64,000 nt of DNA from contig CACYHX010000002.1 of the NCBI GenBank assembly GCA_902774365.1, forward strand, positions 25,408-89,407, given 5' to 3'. Below are positions 8,283 to 19,700 of the stretch, one piece after another. Source of the stretch: an uncultured Bacteroidia bacterium. Its GTDB lineage: Bacteria > Bacteroidota > Bacteroidia > Bacteroidales > F082. A program made the translations under genes and the position numbers. How positions within the stretch are numbered: position 1 is the stretch's first letter; each line of letters starts with the position of its first letter. The notes below the pieces were generated by a model. The model was given only the letters and a program-made list of their open reading frames with translations, did no database searches and had not been told where the DNA came from.

Positions 8283-8382
8283 ATCAGAAGCACGCTGAAA
8301 AAAACGAAAACTGATTTTGAGGATTTGAGGATTTGAGGAATGAGGATGTCAAAATACGGGAATTGTCAGTGATTGATTGTTT

Positions 8383-8410
8383 GTAGAGACGGCGTGTTCA
8401 CCGTCTCTAC
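8383..8410. repeat. GTAGAGACG-family palindromic (REP-like) hairpin
   Basis: GTAGAGACGG-CGTGTTCA-CCGTCTCTAC: 10-bp perfect arms with an 8-nt loop. Confidence 0.8.
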
Positions 8411-8421
8411 TCTACCACAAC

Positions 8422-8462
8422 GACGATGGCCGCCCCAACACCAAGTTGAGGCGACCATCGTC
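8422..8462 (-). terminator. Hairpin 22 nt downstream of the acyl-CoA ligase stop (possible terminator, no clear U-tract)
   Basis: GACGATGGCCGCC ... GGCGACCATCGTC: 13-bp arms with 1 mismatch and a 15-nt loop. Confidence 0.35.
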
Positions 8463-8483
8463 ATAAGCCATAGGCCATAGTGA

Positions 8484-10253
8484 TTATTCAAACATCTTCT
8501 CAATCACGTCCTTGTACTTGGCCGTGATGATTTTGCGCTTGGCCTTGAGCGTCGGCGTGAGCAAGCCGTTGGCGATGCTCCACTCGTCGGCGAGCAACAC
8601 CTGCTTCTTGATCTTCTCGGTCTCGCCCAAGCCCTTGTTCAGCTCGTTGACTTCCTTGGCGTAGAGCTTCAACACTTCAGAGTTCTGGATCATCTCCTCG
8701 TTGGTGGTGTAAGGAATCTTCTCCTCGTTGCACCGAGCCTTCAGCTCAGTGAAGTTCGGGATGATGAGGGCGCCGGCAAACTTCTGGTTTTCGCCCACCA
8801 CCAAAATCTGCTCTATCAGCTTGGAAGAGCTGAACTTGGCTTCGATGACGTCGGGGTTGATGTACTTGCCGCCCGAAGTCTTGAACAGGCTCTTGATGCG
8901 GCCCGTGATGCGCAGGCGGTTGTATTGGTCAATCTCGCCCATGTCGCCCGTGTGGAACCAACCCTCTTCGTCGATGACCTCCTTGGTCAGCTCGGGGTGC
9001 TTGTAGTAGCCCATCATCACGTTGTGGCCACGGCAGCAGATCTCACCGTTATCTGCAATCTTCACCTCAGTGCCAGGCAGCGGCTGTCCCACGTAGCCCA
9101 CTTCGCGACCATGCGGGTTGCGGTTGCTGACGGCGATAACAGGCGAGGTCTCCGTGAGGCCATAGCCTTCAAACACCGGCATCTTGATGGCTGAAAAGAA
9201 GCCTGCAATCTTCTGCGAGATGGCGGCGGCACCCGACACGATAATATCGAAGTTCTCGGCGCCGATGTTCTCCCTAATCTTGGAATAGACGAGCTTGTCG
9301 GCGATGGCCAATTTCTTATCATAGAACCAATTGCGGCTTACGGCGTCGATCTTATATCGCTCGCCCAAACGCACAGCCCAGAAGAAGATGCGCTTCTTGA
9401 TGCCTTTCTGCTTATTACCCGATTGAAGGATGGCGTCGTAGAAGCGTTCCAACACACGTGGCACAGCACACATCATCGTGGGATGGATGGCACGCATGTC
9501 GTTGGCTATGGTACCCAAACTCTCAGCATAGTAAATCGACATGCCACGATACTGGTAGCAGTAGTTCAGGGCGCGCTCGTAGGCATGGCACACGGGCAGG
9601 AAGCTGAAGGCCTTATTGGAATTGTCGCTGATGGTATAATGGAAGTTTGGGAACTGGTTCATCAGGTTGTGGTGCGAGAGCATGACGCCTTTTGGTGTGC
9701 CAGTCGTGCCCGAGGTATAGATGATGGTGGCGCACTCCATCTCGTCGACAGAGGCCTTGCGGGCGGATAGCTCTTCGGCATGGGGATGTTCCTTGCCAAG
9801 TTGCAGCAACTGGTCGAAATAAGGATATTTCTCACGGTCGACCATGGTGTATACCAGCTTTACATTAGGTGCATCCGGCAGGATGTTGGTCACCTTGTTC
9901 ATCACGCTGAGGCCGTCGATGATGACCATTTTGGCGTCGCAGTCGGCCAGGATATAGCGGTAGTCCTCTTCGCTGATGGTGGGATACACCGGCACGGTGA
10001 CGCCTCCGACCTGGCTGATGGCCATGTCGAGCATGTTCCATTCGGGACGGTTGGTCAGAATCATGGCCACCTTGTCACCTTTCTCGATGCCCAGTTCGAT
10101 GAGGGCGTAACTCAAGATATCGGAATGTTCCTTATAGGAAACAGAACTATAATTCACCCATTGCCCATTCTTTTTGCCAGCGAGGGCCACCTGCTGGTTG
10201 GGGTACTTCTCCACATAGTTGTCGAGAAGGTCGAAGACTCTTTTGATTTCCAT
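8484..10253 (-). CDS. Long-chain fatty acid--CoA ligase (AMP-dependent synthetase/ligase family)
   Basis: 589 aa. AMP-binding signature IIYTSGTTGTPKGVMLSH, GYGLTETS and the WFHTGDMG motif. Confidence 0.9.
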   Translation of the reverse strand: MEIKRVFDLLDNYVEKYPNQQVALAGKKNGQWVNYSSVSYKEHSDILSYALIELGIEKGDKVAMILTNRPEWNMLDMAISQVGGVTVPVYPTISEEDYRYILADCDAKMVIIDGLSVMNKVTNILPDAPNVKLVYTMVDREKYPYFDQLLQLGKEHPHAEELSARKASVDEMECATIIYTSGTTGTPKGVMLSHHNLMNQFPNFHYTISDNSNKAFSFLPVCHAYERALNYCYQYRGMSIYYAESLGTIANDMRAIHPTMMCAVPRVLERFYDAILQSGNKQKGIKKRIFFWAVRLGERYKIDAVSRNWFYDKKLAIADKLVYSKIRENIGAENFDIIVSGAAAISQKIAGFFSAIKMPVFEGYGLTETSPVIAVSNRNPHGREVGYVGQPLPGTEVKIADNGEICCRGHNVMMGYYKHPELTKEVIDEEGWFHTGDMGEIDQYNRLRITGRIKSLFKTSGGKYINPDVIEAKFSSSKLIEQILVVGENQKFAGALIIPNFTELKARCNEEKIPYTTNEEMIQNSEVLKLYAKEVNELNKGLGETEKIKKQVLLADEWSIANGLLTPTLKAKRKIITAKYKDVIEKMFE

Positions 10254-10282
10254 TTTTAATTATACTCGTTTCAATGAAATGG

Positions 10283-10290
10283 CAAAAATA
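10283..10290 (-). promoter_or_regulatory. Candidate -7 box (TATTTTTG on the minus strand) for the acyl-CoA ligase gene
   Basis: Plus-strand CAAAAATA is the reverse complement of TAnnTTTG, about 30 nt upstream of the ATG at 10253. Confidence 0.3.
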
Positions 10291-10367
10291 GGAAAAATCC
10301 ACATACATTCTCTTTTTTCAAAGAAATATGCCTTTTTTTTCAATTTATTCGGGTTCATATAAACGCA

Positions 10368-10397
10368 TGTAGAGACGCGGCGCGCCACGTCTCTACA
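10368..10397. repeat. GTAGAGACG-family palindromic hairpin (GC-rich loop)
   Basis: TGTAGAGACG-CGGCGCGCCA-CGTCTCTACA, downstream of the giant operon. Confidence 0.8.
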
Positions 10398-10420
10398 ATA
10401 CAATCAGGGGTATGATGCCC

Positions 10421-10448
10421 ATAGAGACGCAAAATTTTGCGTCTCTAC
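10421..10448. repeat. GTAGAGACG-family palindromic hairpin (AT loop)
   Basis: ATAGAGACGCAAAATTTTGCGTCTCTAC: a 13-bp perfect palindrome, 8 nt downstream of the stop of the 85-aa gene. It is probably the operon terminator. Confidence 0.8.
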
Positions 10449-10455
10449 GGCAGCA

Positions 10456-10713
10456 TCATTTTTGTTTCTTCCGTTTTGTCAACAGATAGGCGCCCGCCAT
10501 CCCTGTCAGCAGCAGCAACCCGCTGCCCACAGGCGCATAAAACTGGTCGCCATCATGGCCTTGGACGGGGACAAACAGCACGAACTCGTCTTGCTCCAGA
10601 CGCATCATGCCTTCAAATTCATCGTCGGCAATAAAGATTTGAGCATTCATAGTACCAGCCATCAGCATGAGAGCTGTCAGCAAAACCACGATTCTTTTGT
10701 TCATCTTTTTCAT
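10456..10713 (-). CDS. 85-aa secreted mini-protein with an N-terminal signal peptide and a C-terminal TM helix plus basic tail (sorting-signal-like)
   Basis: MKKMNKRIVVLLTALMLMAGTMNAQ (signal peptide) | acidic 35-aa core | ...YAPVGSGLLLLTGMAGAYLLTKRKKQK. It starts 13 nt after the stop of the 4,764-aa gene on the same strand. Confidence 0.6.
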   Translation of the reverse strand: MKKMNKRIVVLLTALMLMAGTMNAQIFIADDEFEGMMRLEQDEFVLFVPVQGHDGDQFYAPVGSGLLLLTGMAGAYLLTKRKKQK

Positions 10714-10726
10714 TTTCCTTCCCTCC

Positions 10727-13700
10727 TTATCTCTTTACTACGACTTTTTGAATTCTTGTTCCTTCGCTATTGGTCAAGCGGAATAGATACACGCCTGGTG
10801 CGACATCAGGCACTCCTACCCTGCTTTGTCCTCCATGGACTTCCTTGCTCATCAGCACTTGGCCTAGCGGGTCGACGAAATCCAGCTGTCCGTCGCCCGT
10901 GACGATCCACTGCGAACCATCGAAGAAGACGAAGGTTTGGATTTCGTTATGCTCCTCCACATCGGTCAAGCTGAAGACGATGAGGAAACGCGACGGATAG
11001 TCACCCTTGTGACCCTCGAAGGTGTAGGTGTCGTTTCTGAGCATGTCGTACTCGATACCCGTGATGTGGTCGATAAGGTACATGCTGTGGAAGTCGGCAT
11101 TGGCGGTGTTCCACTTCATGGTGAAGATGTCATCCTCCTTAGCCTCGAACCACACCGGCACGCGGTCGATACCCTGCTGGGCAAAGAGCGCTGCATAATG
11201 GGTGTTGTCGTGTTGGGCATAGAACAAGCCGTCGCCCACACGCAGCTCCTTCAGCTTGGTGGCGCCGCCCCACTCGGGACGTTCAAATTCGATGACCGTC
11301 ACGTCGGCGCAGCCTTGGTCACTGCTCAGGTACAGGTTGACCAAAGGATAGGCCGGTCGGTCGTCGCGGAAGGTGCTCTCACCTTCTATCGCTGAACGTG
11401 GCACCAACATGCCTTCGTTGAACGACAGATTGCCTGCCGCCTTTGCCCTTACGTAGAAGCCTTGGTGCGGGTGCAAGTAACGCTCGGCATAATCACCGCC
11501 CCTCGAACCACGCACAGGATAGTATCTGAACGCGGTGCTGGCATCCTGGTTTTGATACTTGTCGGCGTTATAGACAACATAGAATGCGCCTTCATCGGCA
11601 TTTCCACTGAAGTAGTTTTCATCGCTCAGCACTTCCAGGTTAGCGCCAGTAGCCACCTTATCGAAGTCAAGGTAGCTGTGGAAGGGATTGCCCACCAGGT
11701 TCCAGCCTTTGAGTTTGGATGAGGAAGTGAGCGTCAGCGGGATGCTCTTGACGCCATCATTCAGGATGCCGTGGCTCTGCATGAAGGTTCCCGTAGTGAT
11801 AGCTGCCATATAGCCTCTACCCACGATGAGCTTGTCTTCGTTCTGATTCGCCGTAGCACCCTGGACAGGGACATAATCCAGATGATCATGCGGCTCATCG
11901 CTATGCCAGTGGTTGGGGCCGTTACGCTTGAAGTTGATCCAATGGTAGTCAGGCTCAGTCCAAGTGTAGAAGTCCATGCCGTACGGGTAACGGTGTCCGT
12001 TCGTTGAAGGGCATTCGTCGCTACCCACAATGAACAAATCGTTCACATGACCATCGAACAAACTACCTCGACGCGTCGGGAAATAACCGTCGGTCTTCTG
12101 GTTGGCGGCATCGAACTCCTTCATCCAGTAACGGTTTCCGGCTCCGCTGGCGCACTCGTCACTGCCCGGATTCGTCAGCCAGCTGAATTCGTTACCATCC
12201 GACAACCAAGGATTATGGAAATGTCCTTCAGCGTTGTAATCTCCGCTAGTATACGTATTCGTGTTATGTCCTTGGTAATCAAACCCTTGAGGCGCATTGT
12301 TCAACGGAGTGGAGAACATGTGCCAGTCGCGCGGCAGCGGATAAGGTCCTATGCCAAGACCGTTGAGACCGACATTGACGCCAGGCGTTGAGGTTGCGTG
12401 TCCAAACGAATTGTCGAAGGTGATACCGACGTAGGTCTCTCCTAGGGTAGCCAACTTGCCTGGATACTTGATGGAGGCATGCTCGTAGATACTCACCTTG
12501 TCGGCTTCTATGATGACTGAAGCGAGAGCTTCGTCACCATTAAACGATGTTTCAAGAGGAGCACTGTCGTGACCGTCAACGTCGCCGTAGACGAACACAT
12601 ACTCATCACGTTCGAGCATCGTGCTGAGGTGCTTGTCAGCGCCGTCGCGCGCCGTGCCGCCATATTGCAGCACCTTCCCCTTGCCATAAGTAGCCAAGCT
12701 GCGGAAGTCGTCCGTTGATTCGACATCGGTAGAACTCATGTCGGAGAGCAACAGCACGGGCAGGTCGCCATTGATTTCGGCCATGCCCGGACGCGCCCAA
12801 CGGGCGTAACCATGACCGCTATGGTTCTTGACCCATTCGTTCATGCGGACGAACATCGCCGTGTCGCCTTCAATCTTATTGTCTTGATACATATAGCCAA
12901 GCATATCGGCACTAATGACATCCGAATACCGTTTGCATGTCGCATCCACACCGCCCGTGACAGCAAATGAATAGTCCGTCGTGGTGTTGCCCATGGCGTA
13001 GCACTGCTTCATGTTGTCAGCGGTGGTGTTGCTGGCTGCCAATCTACCGAAATTGGATGCCGTCAGTGACGTACTAAAATCATACCAGTTCGCATAGCAG
13101 TTCATCACCGTTGCCCCAGTGTTGATGCCGAGCAATCCACCAGCCACAACGTTAGCGTTGTTACTGCTGATGTCGAATGTGACGTTGGCGAACGCGTTGT
13201 AGATGTTGCCTCCAGTGGCTTTACCCACCAAGCCGCCAAGGGTGCCCTTATAGTTTTGACCAATGGACAAGGTGCTCATGGTCATCGACGAGTGGATTTC
13301 GCCTCCGATCAGGTTGGCCACCAAGCCGCCTATGGCATTTCCAGTCACACCATCATTGAGGTTGGGACCAAGTATTATGACAGCAGCCTCGCTGTTGGAG
13401 ACCTTCGAGGTGCCATCCATGCTACCGACCAAGCCACCGATATTCTTGCCCGCGGTGCCATTCAGGTCTGACACGACAGGTTGATACTTGCCGCTCACCA
13501 AGAAGGTACGGTCGACGGTGCCACCATGGACATGGCCAAACAAGCCATAGTCGGTAAGTTCGTAGCGCAGGTCGCCTGTTCCGATATAGTCGATGTAGAG
13601 GTTCTTGATGAGATGGCCTTGACCGTCATAGTTACCAATAAACGGAGTAGTCTCGTTGCCTATCGGCACCCAGACATACTGTTTCATGTCGAGATCCGCA

Positions 13701-16700
13701 GTTTGCTTGAATGGCTCATTCTGGAATTTGTCTTTAGTGATGAGCCACGCCAAGTCTTCGGGCGAGTCAATGCTGGTGGCACTGTAGCCCGTCGGCGCAG
13801 TCCTCACCACGCTGGCCCAAGTCCAACCGAAATACAGCGTCTTGTTATCACGATCCTTGGTTCCTGAAGCAACGTAATAGGTGGTTCTCGGTGAGGCGGG
13901 CTCCAAGGTCTTGTTACCGCTGACGAAGAACCAATCCTGGTCGTCGGTGAAGTTGCAGCTCTCCCAAGCCTTAGCGGCTATTTCGTTGGCTGTCATCGTG
14001 GCAGTGGCAACCGGCACGGCCTTTGCCACAGGAGACAAAGTATTGTTGTGATAATCCGCATCCGTGTTTCTGATCGGGCTGGTCACGCCGATGCGGGTCT
14101 TCTCGTTCAACTCGTCTGTGATAGTGAGGTGCTTGAGGAAGGTAGGCAGATACACATTACTATTGACCGGGTGGTCATCCGATCCAACCAAACGGCGTTG
14201 CTTGCTGCCTGTGACGGTCACCAAGCCTTCCACATTCACCGTGGCATCCTTGTCGACAAACAAGCCGCCACCTTGTAGAGCGACAGTGGATCCTGAATAA
14301 CAATCGTAGTCCGCGTTGCTGTACCATGTAGAGGCTGCATCCGTGTTGTTGTAGCCACGCTGCAAGATGGTGCCATTGGCCAAGATTGCTTCAGTACCAG
14401 CCTCGATGTTCTTACTGCCCTTCAGGGTGAGTGTATTATCGGCAGTAGTGACCACCATCGGTTTGTCCACTTTGTACATTTGCGTACTCGTGAAAGAGGT
14501 TGGGATGTTATGTGTCGTAACATCACTTTGGCTGGGGTTATACAAGCCATCCACCAACACATTCTCCATCACGAATTTGCTCTTGTTGGCATGGATCATC
14601 ATGCCCAAGTTGGCGCCAGGACCCATAGAAGCATCCATTGTCGAAGACGTTCCTTCGTTAACCAATCCATCGTAAGTGCTCGATGGAACAGGAGCAGGAT
14701 GCGTCGCATCAACAACCGTATTATCCATTTTGCCATTGCTCATCATGTGTCCACCGGGATAACGATACAACTTCAAGGTATAATTAGTCTGTTGGTTCAA
14801 GAGGCCTTCCGCATCTTCTTTGATGGCCTCAACAGGACCGACCACATAAATGATGTCTTCCGCAAAATTGAATGGATAGTATGCATCAGTTGTAAGGTCT
14901 TTGCAGATACCTTTATAATCTGAATCACCAGATACGGTCAGTTTGGGCATATCGGGGAAATGGCCCCATCCTGCCTGGTGGCTCGCATCCTTACCCCAAC
15001 CGCCATTGCCGATGCCTCTGCCGTCGACGTACCAGATTTTACCAGTAATACGTGGCAGCACCCATTCACGGAACTCCTCAAGGTCCATCTCACCATTGGC
15101 TTTATTCTGCACATACTCGCCGATGTTGAAATAAGGATACTGTTTCGTTTTGGTGAAGTTGCTTCCGCCGTCGTCGCCATCAGTTGTGTAAGTATAATAC
15201 AAAACTGTCTGAGGCGAGGTAAAGAAGTTGTAATCCGTATTATAACTCAAGAAGCCGCCATCGCTGCCATTCATGATGTCTCCAGGAATCTGATGCCCTG
15301 TAACACTGATGGGGTTGTTTTTCAGTGTCACCTTCGGGCGGGCGTAGGCAAAGCTCTCCGTGCCGACAGGTTGGAAGAAGTCGCCTCTCATCCTGAAGAA
15401 ACCTTGGAGTTGGCCGTACATTCTTTTCTTGTTACTGGTAGTTTCATCCAGATAACGCACATAAAGCCTCGAGTCGCCGTTGAAGATGATGACGTTTTCT
15501 TGATTGTAGTTCAAAGGTGTGCTAGGAGCCGTTTGCGAATAATACAACCTTGCGTTTTCTGCGGTGTTGTTGCCATTCGGATTGACACCTATCCACTCCC
15601 AATAGTTAGCGTCGCTACCATCCAAGTGACCGTATGAAGTGCTGTTGGCATTTCTCAGATGCAAGCTTCTCACTTCATGGATGGAGTCCATGTAGGCAGG
15701 AGCGCCGACGGCGCCAAGCACGATGCCAGAGGCATTGGTCACATACACGCCATTATCGACCTGAAGCACAGCGAACTTCCTCTCGGAGTCGGATTGGCTG
15801 ATGTCGTCAGCACCGCTCAGGTTGACGTTGGTATTGTCAAGCATGATAACGTCGCCACGCTGGAGGGTGGTCAGTGTACGGGAGGCCTGGGTCAACTCGG
15901 CTGTTGCGCTGCCGCCAGGATTGCGCGTGCCGTAATTCCTGACCAAGATGTTACGACCTTCCACACCCGACTCGCAGTTGGTACCGCAGCCATACACACC
16001 ACCTCCGATGTTCATATAGTCGTCAGCATTCGCATCCGGGGTTTCTGCGGTAGTGTTGTAGCCGGTGCCGTCGATGTAGACTCTACTGTAGCCCGACACG
16101 TTAAACGAGTGGTCCCAATCCGTTGAGCCTATACTTCCATAAGAGCCGCCAAACACGCTGCCCTTGATGTCGAGGTTGGCAACGGCAGGAGTCTCTTGTC
16201 TGTGGATGTTTTTGCCATAGAACTCATCCCCTGACTCATTTGACGTTTCGACGATGGCCTTCTGGCCTATCAAGACCGCCACCGAGCCTTTCACTTTGCC
16301 ACCGTAGCCGGCGCCATACACATTGCCTTTTTCAATACCTCCTTTGGCGTCGGTGCCGATGGTGCCGCCACTAATGTTGACAAACGAGGCCCAACCCTTC
16401 GAATCGTGCGGGTCTGACGGGTTGTCGTCTTCAGCATAGTAACTGCAGCCATACACATTGCCTTCGACGGTGCCGCCCCACATGTTGACCCAACGCGGAG
16501 CCTTGTTGGGGCGCGAAGCAGGAATCTGACGGCTGCCGCCAAACAAACTACCATGTATCAAGCCACCCGACATGTTGACCACTTTGTAATCGTGTACCAC
16601 GCTCTGGCTACCACCGCCATACACATTGTTCCAGATGACGGGCGAGTATTCGGTCTCGTCGACAGTCGAGTTCTTGATGTTGACGATGGAATAGCCATAC

Positions 16701-19700
16701 ACCTCACCTGCCGTCTCGCTTTCGGCAGTGGTGAGCAGACCGCGGCCGCCACCGTACACATTGCCGTCAAGCGTATTGTAATAAGTGGAAGTGGGATTGG
16801 CATCGTCATCATCACCGATGATGCCGCCTTCAATGTCGACAAGGGCATTCTTTCTCACATGGCCGTCCTCGCCGCCACCAAACACGGAGCCGTAAATCTG
16901 GGCCGTCTGGCCAATAGTCACATGGGTGTTTTTGACGAAGGCCAATTCGACATACTCGCCGCCCATGCCGCCGTGTCCTGAGCCGAACACGTTGCCGAAG
17001 TTCTCGTCTTCGTGAATCGTACCAACAGTACCGCCCACGATAGTCACCGAAGCCAAGCCTGTTTTGTAGTTGCCTTGTGCATCGGGTTCCTCAGTGGCAT
17101 TGCCCACCGAGGCCAGGTTGCCGCCGCCATACACGTTACGGATGACATGGCCGCCATCCATATTGACATGGGTGTTGCCTTGCACCCAGCCCGCCGTATG
17201 GCTATGGATTTGTTCACCTTCATGTTCGTATGTGTCGACACCACGACCGCCGCCATACACATTGCCGTGGTAGGGGTCGACGCAGGGTTCGAGGTTACCA
17301 TAATCATGGCCACCGATTTGTCCGCCATGGATGTTGACGTAGGTGTCTTTCAACACATGTCCGTCTTCGCCCGAGCCGAACACCGAGCCTTCAATCCAGG
17401 TTTCGGTGCCCGATTTTTCCATGATGTTCACCGTGGTTTGCTTCACCTTCGACAAGCGTGTTGCCATGGTGCCAGGCGCATCTGCCTTACCTTTGGCGCC
17501 GCCATACACGTTGCCGCCCACGCGCTCGTCGGGGTGAGACGGGTCAGTAATCAAGTGACCTATGTCGATGTTGCCGATTTGGTATTGTCCACCCACATTG
17601 ACGGTGGCATAGCCGTGGTTGACGCCAACCAGCGTGTCGCCATTGACGTCGATACCGACCGAGCCGAGACGACCGCCGCCGAAGACGGAGCCGAGCATGT
17701 GGCCGCCCAAGACATTGACGGTGGTATTGCCACCCACGCGGCCAGCGGTTTCACTTTCTTCGTGGTAGTTACGGCCTCCGCCAAAGATGTTGCCGTCGAA
17801 GCCGGTGATGCCATTGGTACCCAAAGTGCCTTTCTTCATCGTCACGGTGGCGTTGCCAAGCACATGGCCGTCGCTGCCGCCGCCGAAGAGCGACCCCCAA
17901 ACACGGTTGGCGTCGCTGTCGTTGTATCCCACCTCTACCTCGGTATGGTTCACATTACAATACGGTTTCATGGCAGAATTGCGACCGCCCTTGGGACCAC
18001 CGAAGACGTAGCCGTTGAGACCTGTATTGTCCAAAGGACCGATGATGCCGCCGGTCACTTTCACCGTAGCCTTTCCGGTGTTGGCAACAGGAGTGACGCT
18101 GCTTGCCCCATCAGACAAATTAGAAGGATTCACATAAGTAATTTCGAACTTTCCCACGCTGGCCACTTCGCCACCGCCGAAAACATTCTCAAAGACATGG
18201 CCACCCTTGATATTAACATAGGTGTCACCATACACGCGACCTGCTATTAAGATGGTCGGCTCGTGAAGAGCGTTGTTGGTATTCAATGATTCCGCCGTAT
18301 TTGCGCCTTCATAGCCTCTACCTCCGCCAAACACATGGCCGCAGTTCTCAGCGACGTTATTGTTGGTGTAGACGCCGCCGATGGTGCAGTTGCCAGCGAT
18401 GTTGACCGTGGTGCTGTCGCGAACACTGCCGACTTCGCCACCGCCATACACTGAGTTCTTGATGGCTGCCGTGCCTTTGATGGTCACATTGGTCTGCTTG
18501 ACGCGTGCCGCCAAAGGCCAGATAGGATTTGTGCTAAACACACCTCTACCAGCACCATAAACGTTGCCGCTCATGGTGTAAGGATTGTCATGGCTGGGAT
18601 GCGTTGAGCTGTTGCCGACGGTGCCACCACTGACATTAACGACCACGTGGCCGTAGGTCTGGGCGTTCTCGCCTGTCACATCGTCCCTCATTTGGCCATA
18701 ATATGGATTGTCGGTCATGACACCATTGTTGTCATATTGGGCATCCACAAGGTAGGTACCCACCGAAGCACGGTTGCCACCGCCATAGACAGAGTTGAGG
18801 ATGGTGCCACCGGTGATATTCACGTTGACATTGCCACTCACCGAACCTGCGGTAAGGGCCTCCTCCGTGGTGCCTCGACCGGCGCCAAAGACATTGCCGT
18901 CTGCCTTGGTGAGGCCTTGGGTTCCAATGATGGTGGGAACACCGCTGGGTGCCTGACTGACCTTGAGGTTGACGTCGCCCATGACGTGGGCGTCCTCGCC
19001 ACCGCCAAAGACACAGCCGTAAATACGGCCACCGCTGACGGTGACATCGGTTTCCCACACGTTGGTCCAGGTGTTGAAGTAGATGCGCGGGTCGCCCTTG
19101 CCCGAGCCATAGAGATAGCCAGGGACAGGATGATTTTGAATATCTGTTGTGCTGCGCGGCACGCCGATGGTGCCGTCAGTCATTACGACAGTAGCCTTAC
19201 CACCTGAATTATGGTCTTCGCCATGAATCGTATAATTATAGGTGTACATACCCACATTAGTGACCTCGCAGCCACCGTAGAGGCAAGAAAGGATGTGGCC
19301 GCCCGTGACTTCCACGCGGGTGTTGCCCTTCACATGTCCCGCCGAGCGCAGCCATTGGCTTTGGCCGTCGACTGAGCCGTAGGGATAGTAGCCCGAGCCG
19401 CCGCCAAACACATTGCCAAAGAAGGTGCCGCCATCAAGGCCTGGTTTCGGTTTACCGCCCTCAAGGACGAAGATGTCGTAGGGGTCGCCGTTCATAGTAT
19501 AATTCCAATGGGCTGCCGGATTCAAGGTAGTGCTACTGGTCCATTCCTCATCAGTGTAGCGACGGGTGAGACCTTCGCCTGCGCCGATTTGTCCGCCTTT
19601 GATTTTCACCCAAGTGCTGTCAAACACACTGCCGTTGTCGCCACCGCCATACACAGATCCGAGCACGAAGGCATCGTCTGAGATTTCCACCTCGGTAGCG

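Noticed and set aside
8131-8347. Possible CRISPR array, because of repeated short motifs
   Set aside because: The repeat units are only 8-10 bp, irregularly spaced, present in both orientations and lack unique spacers of 25-40 bp. No cas genes are present.
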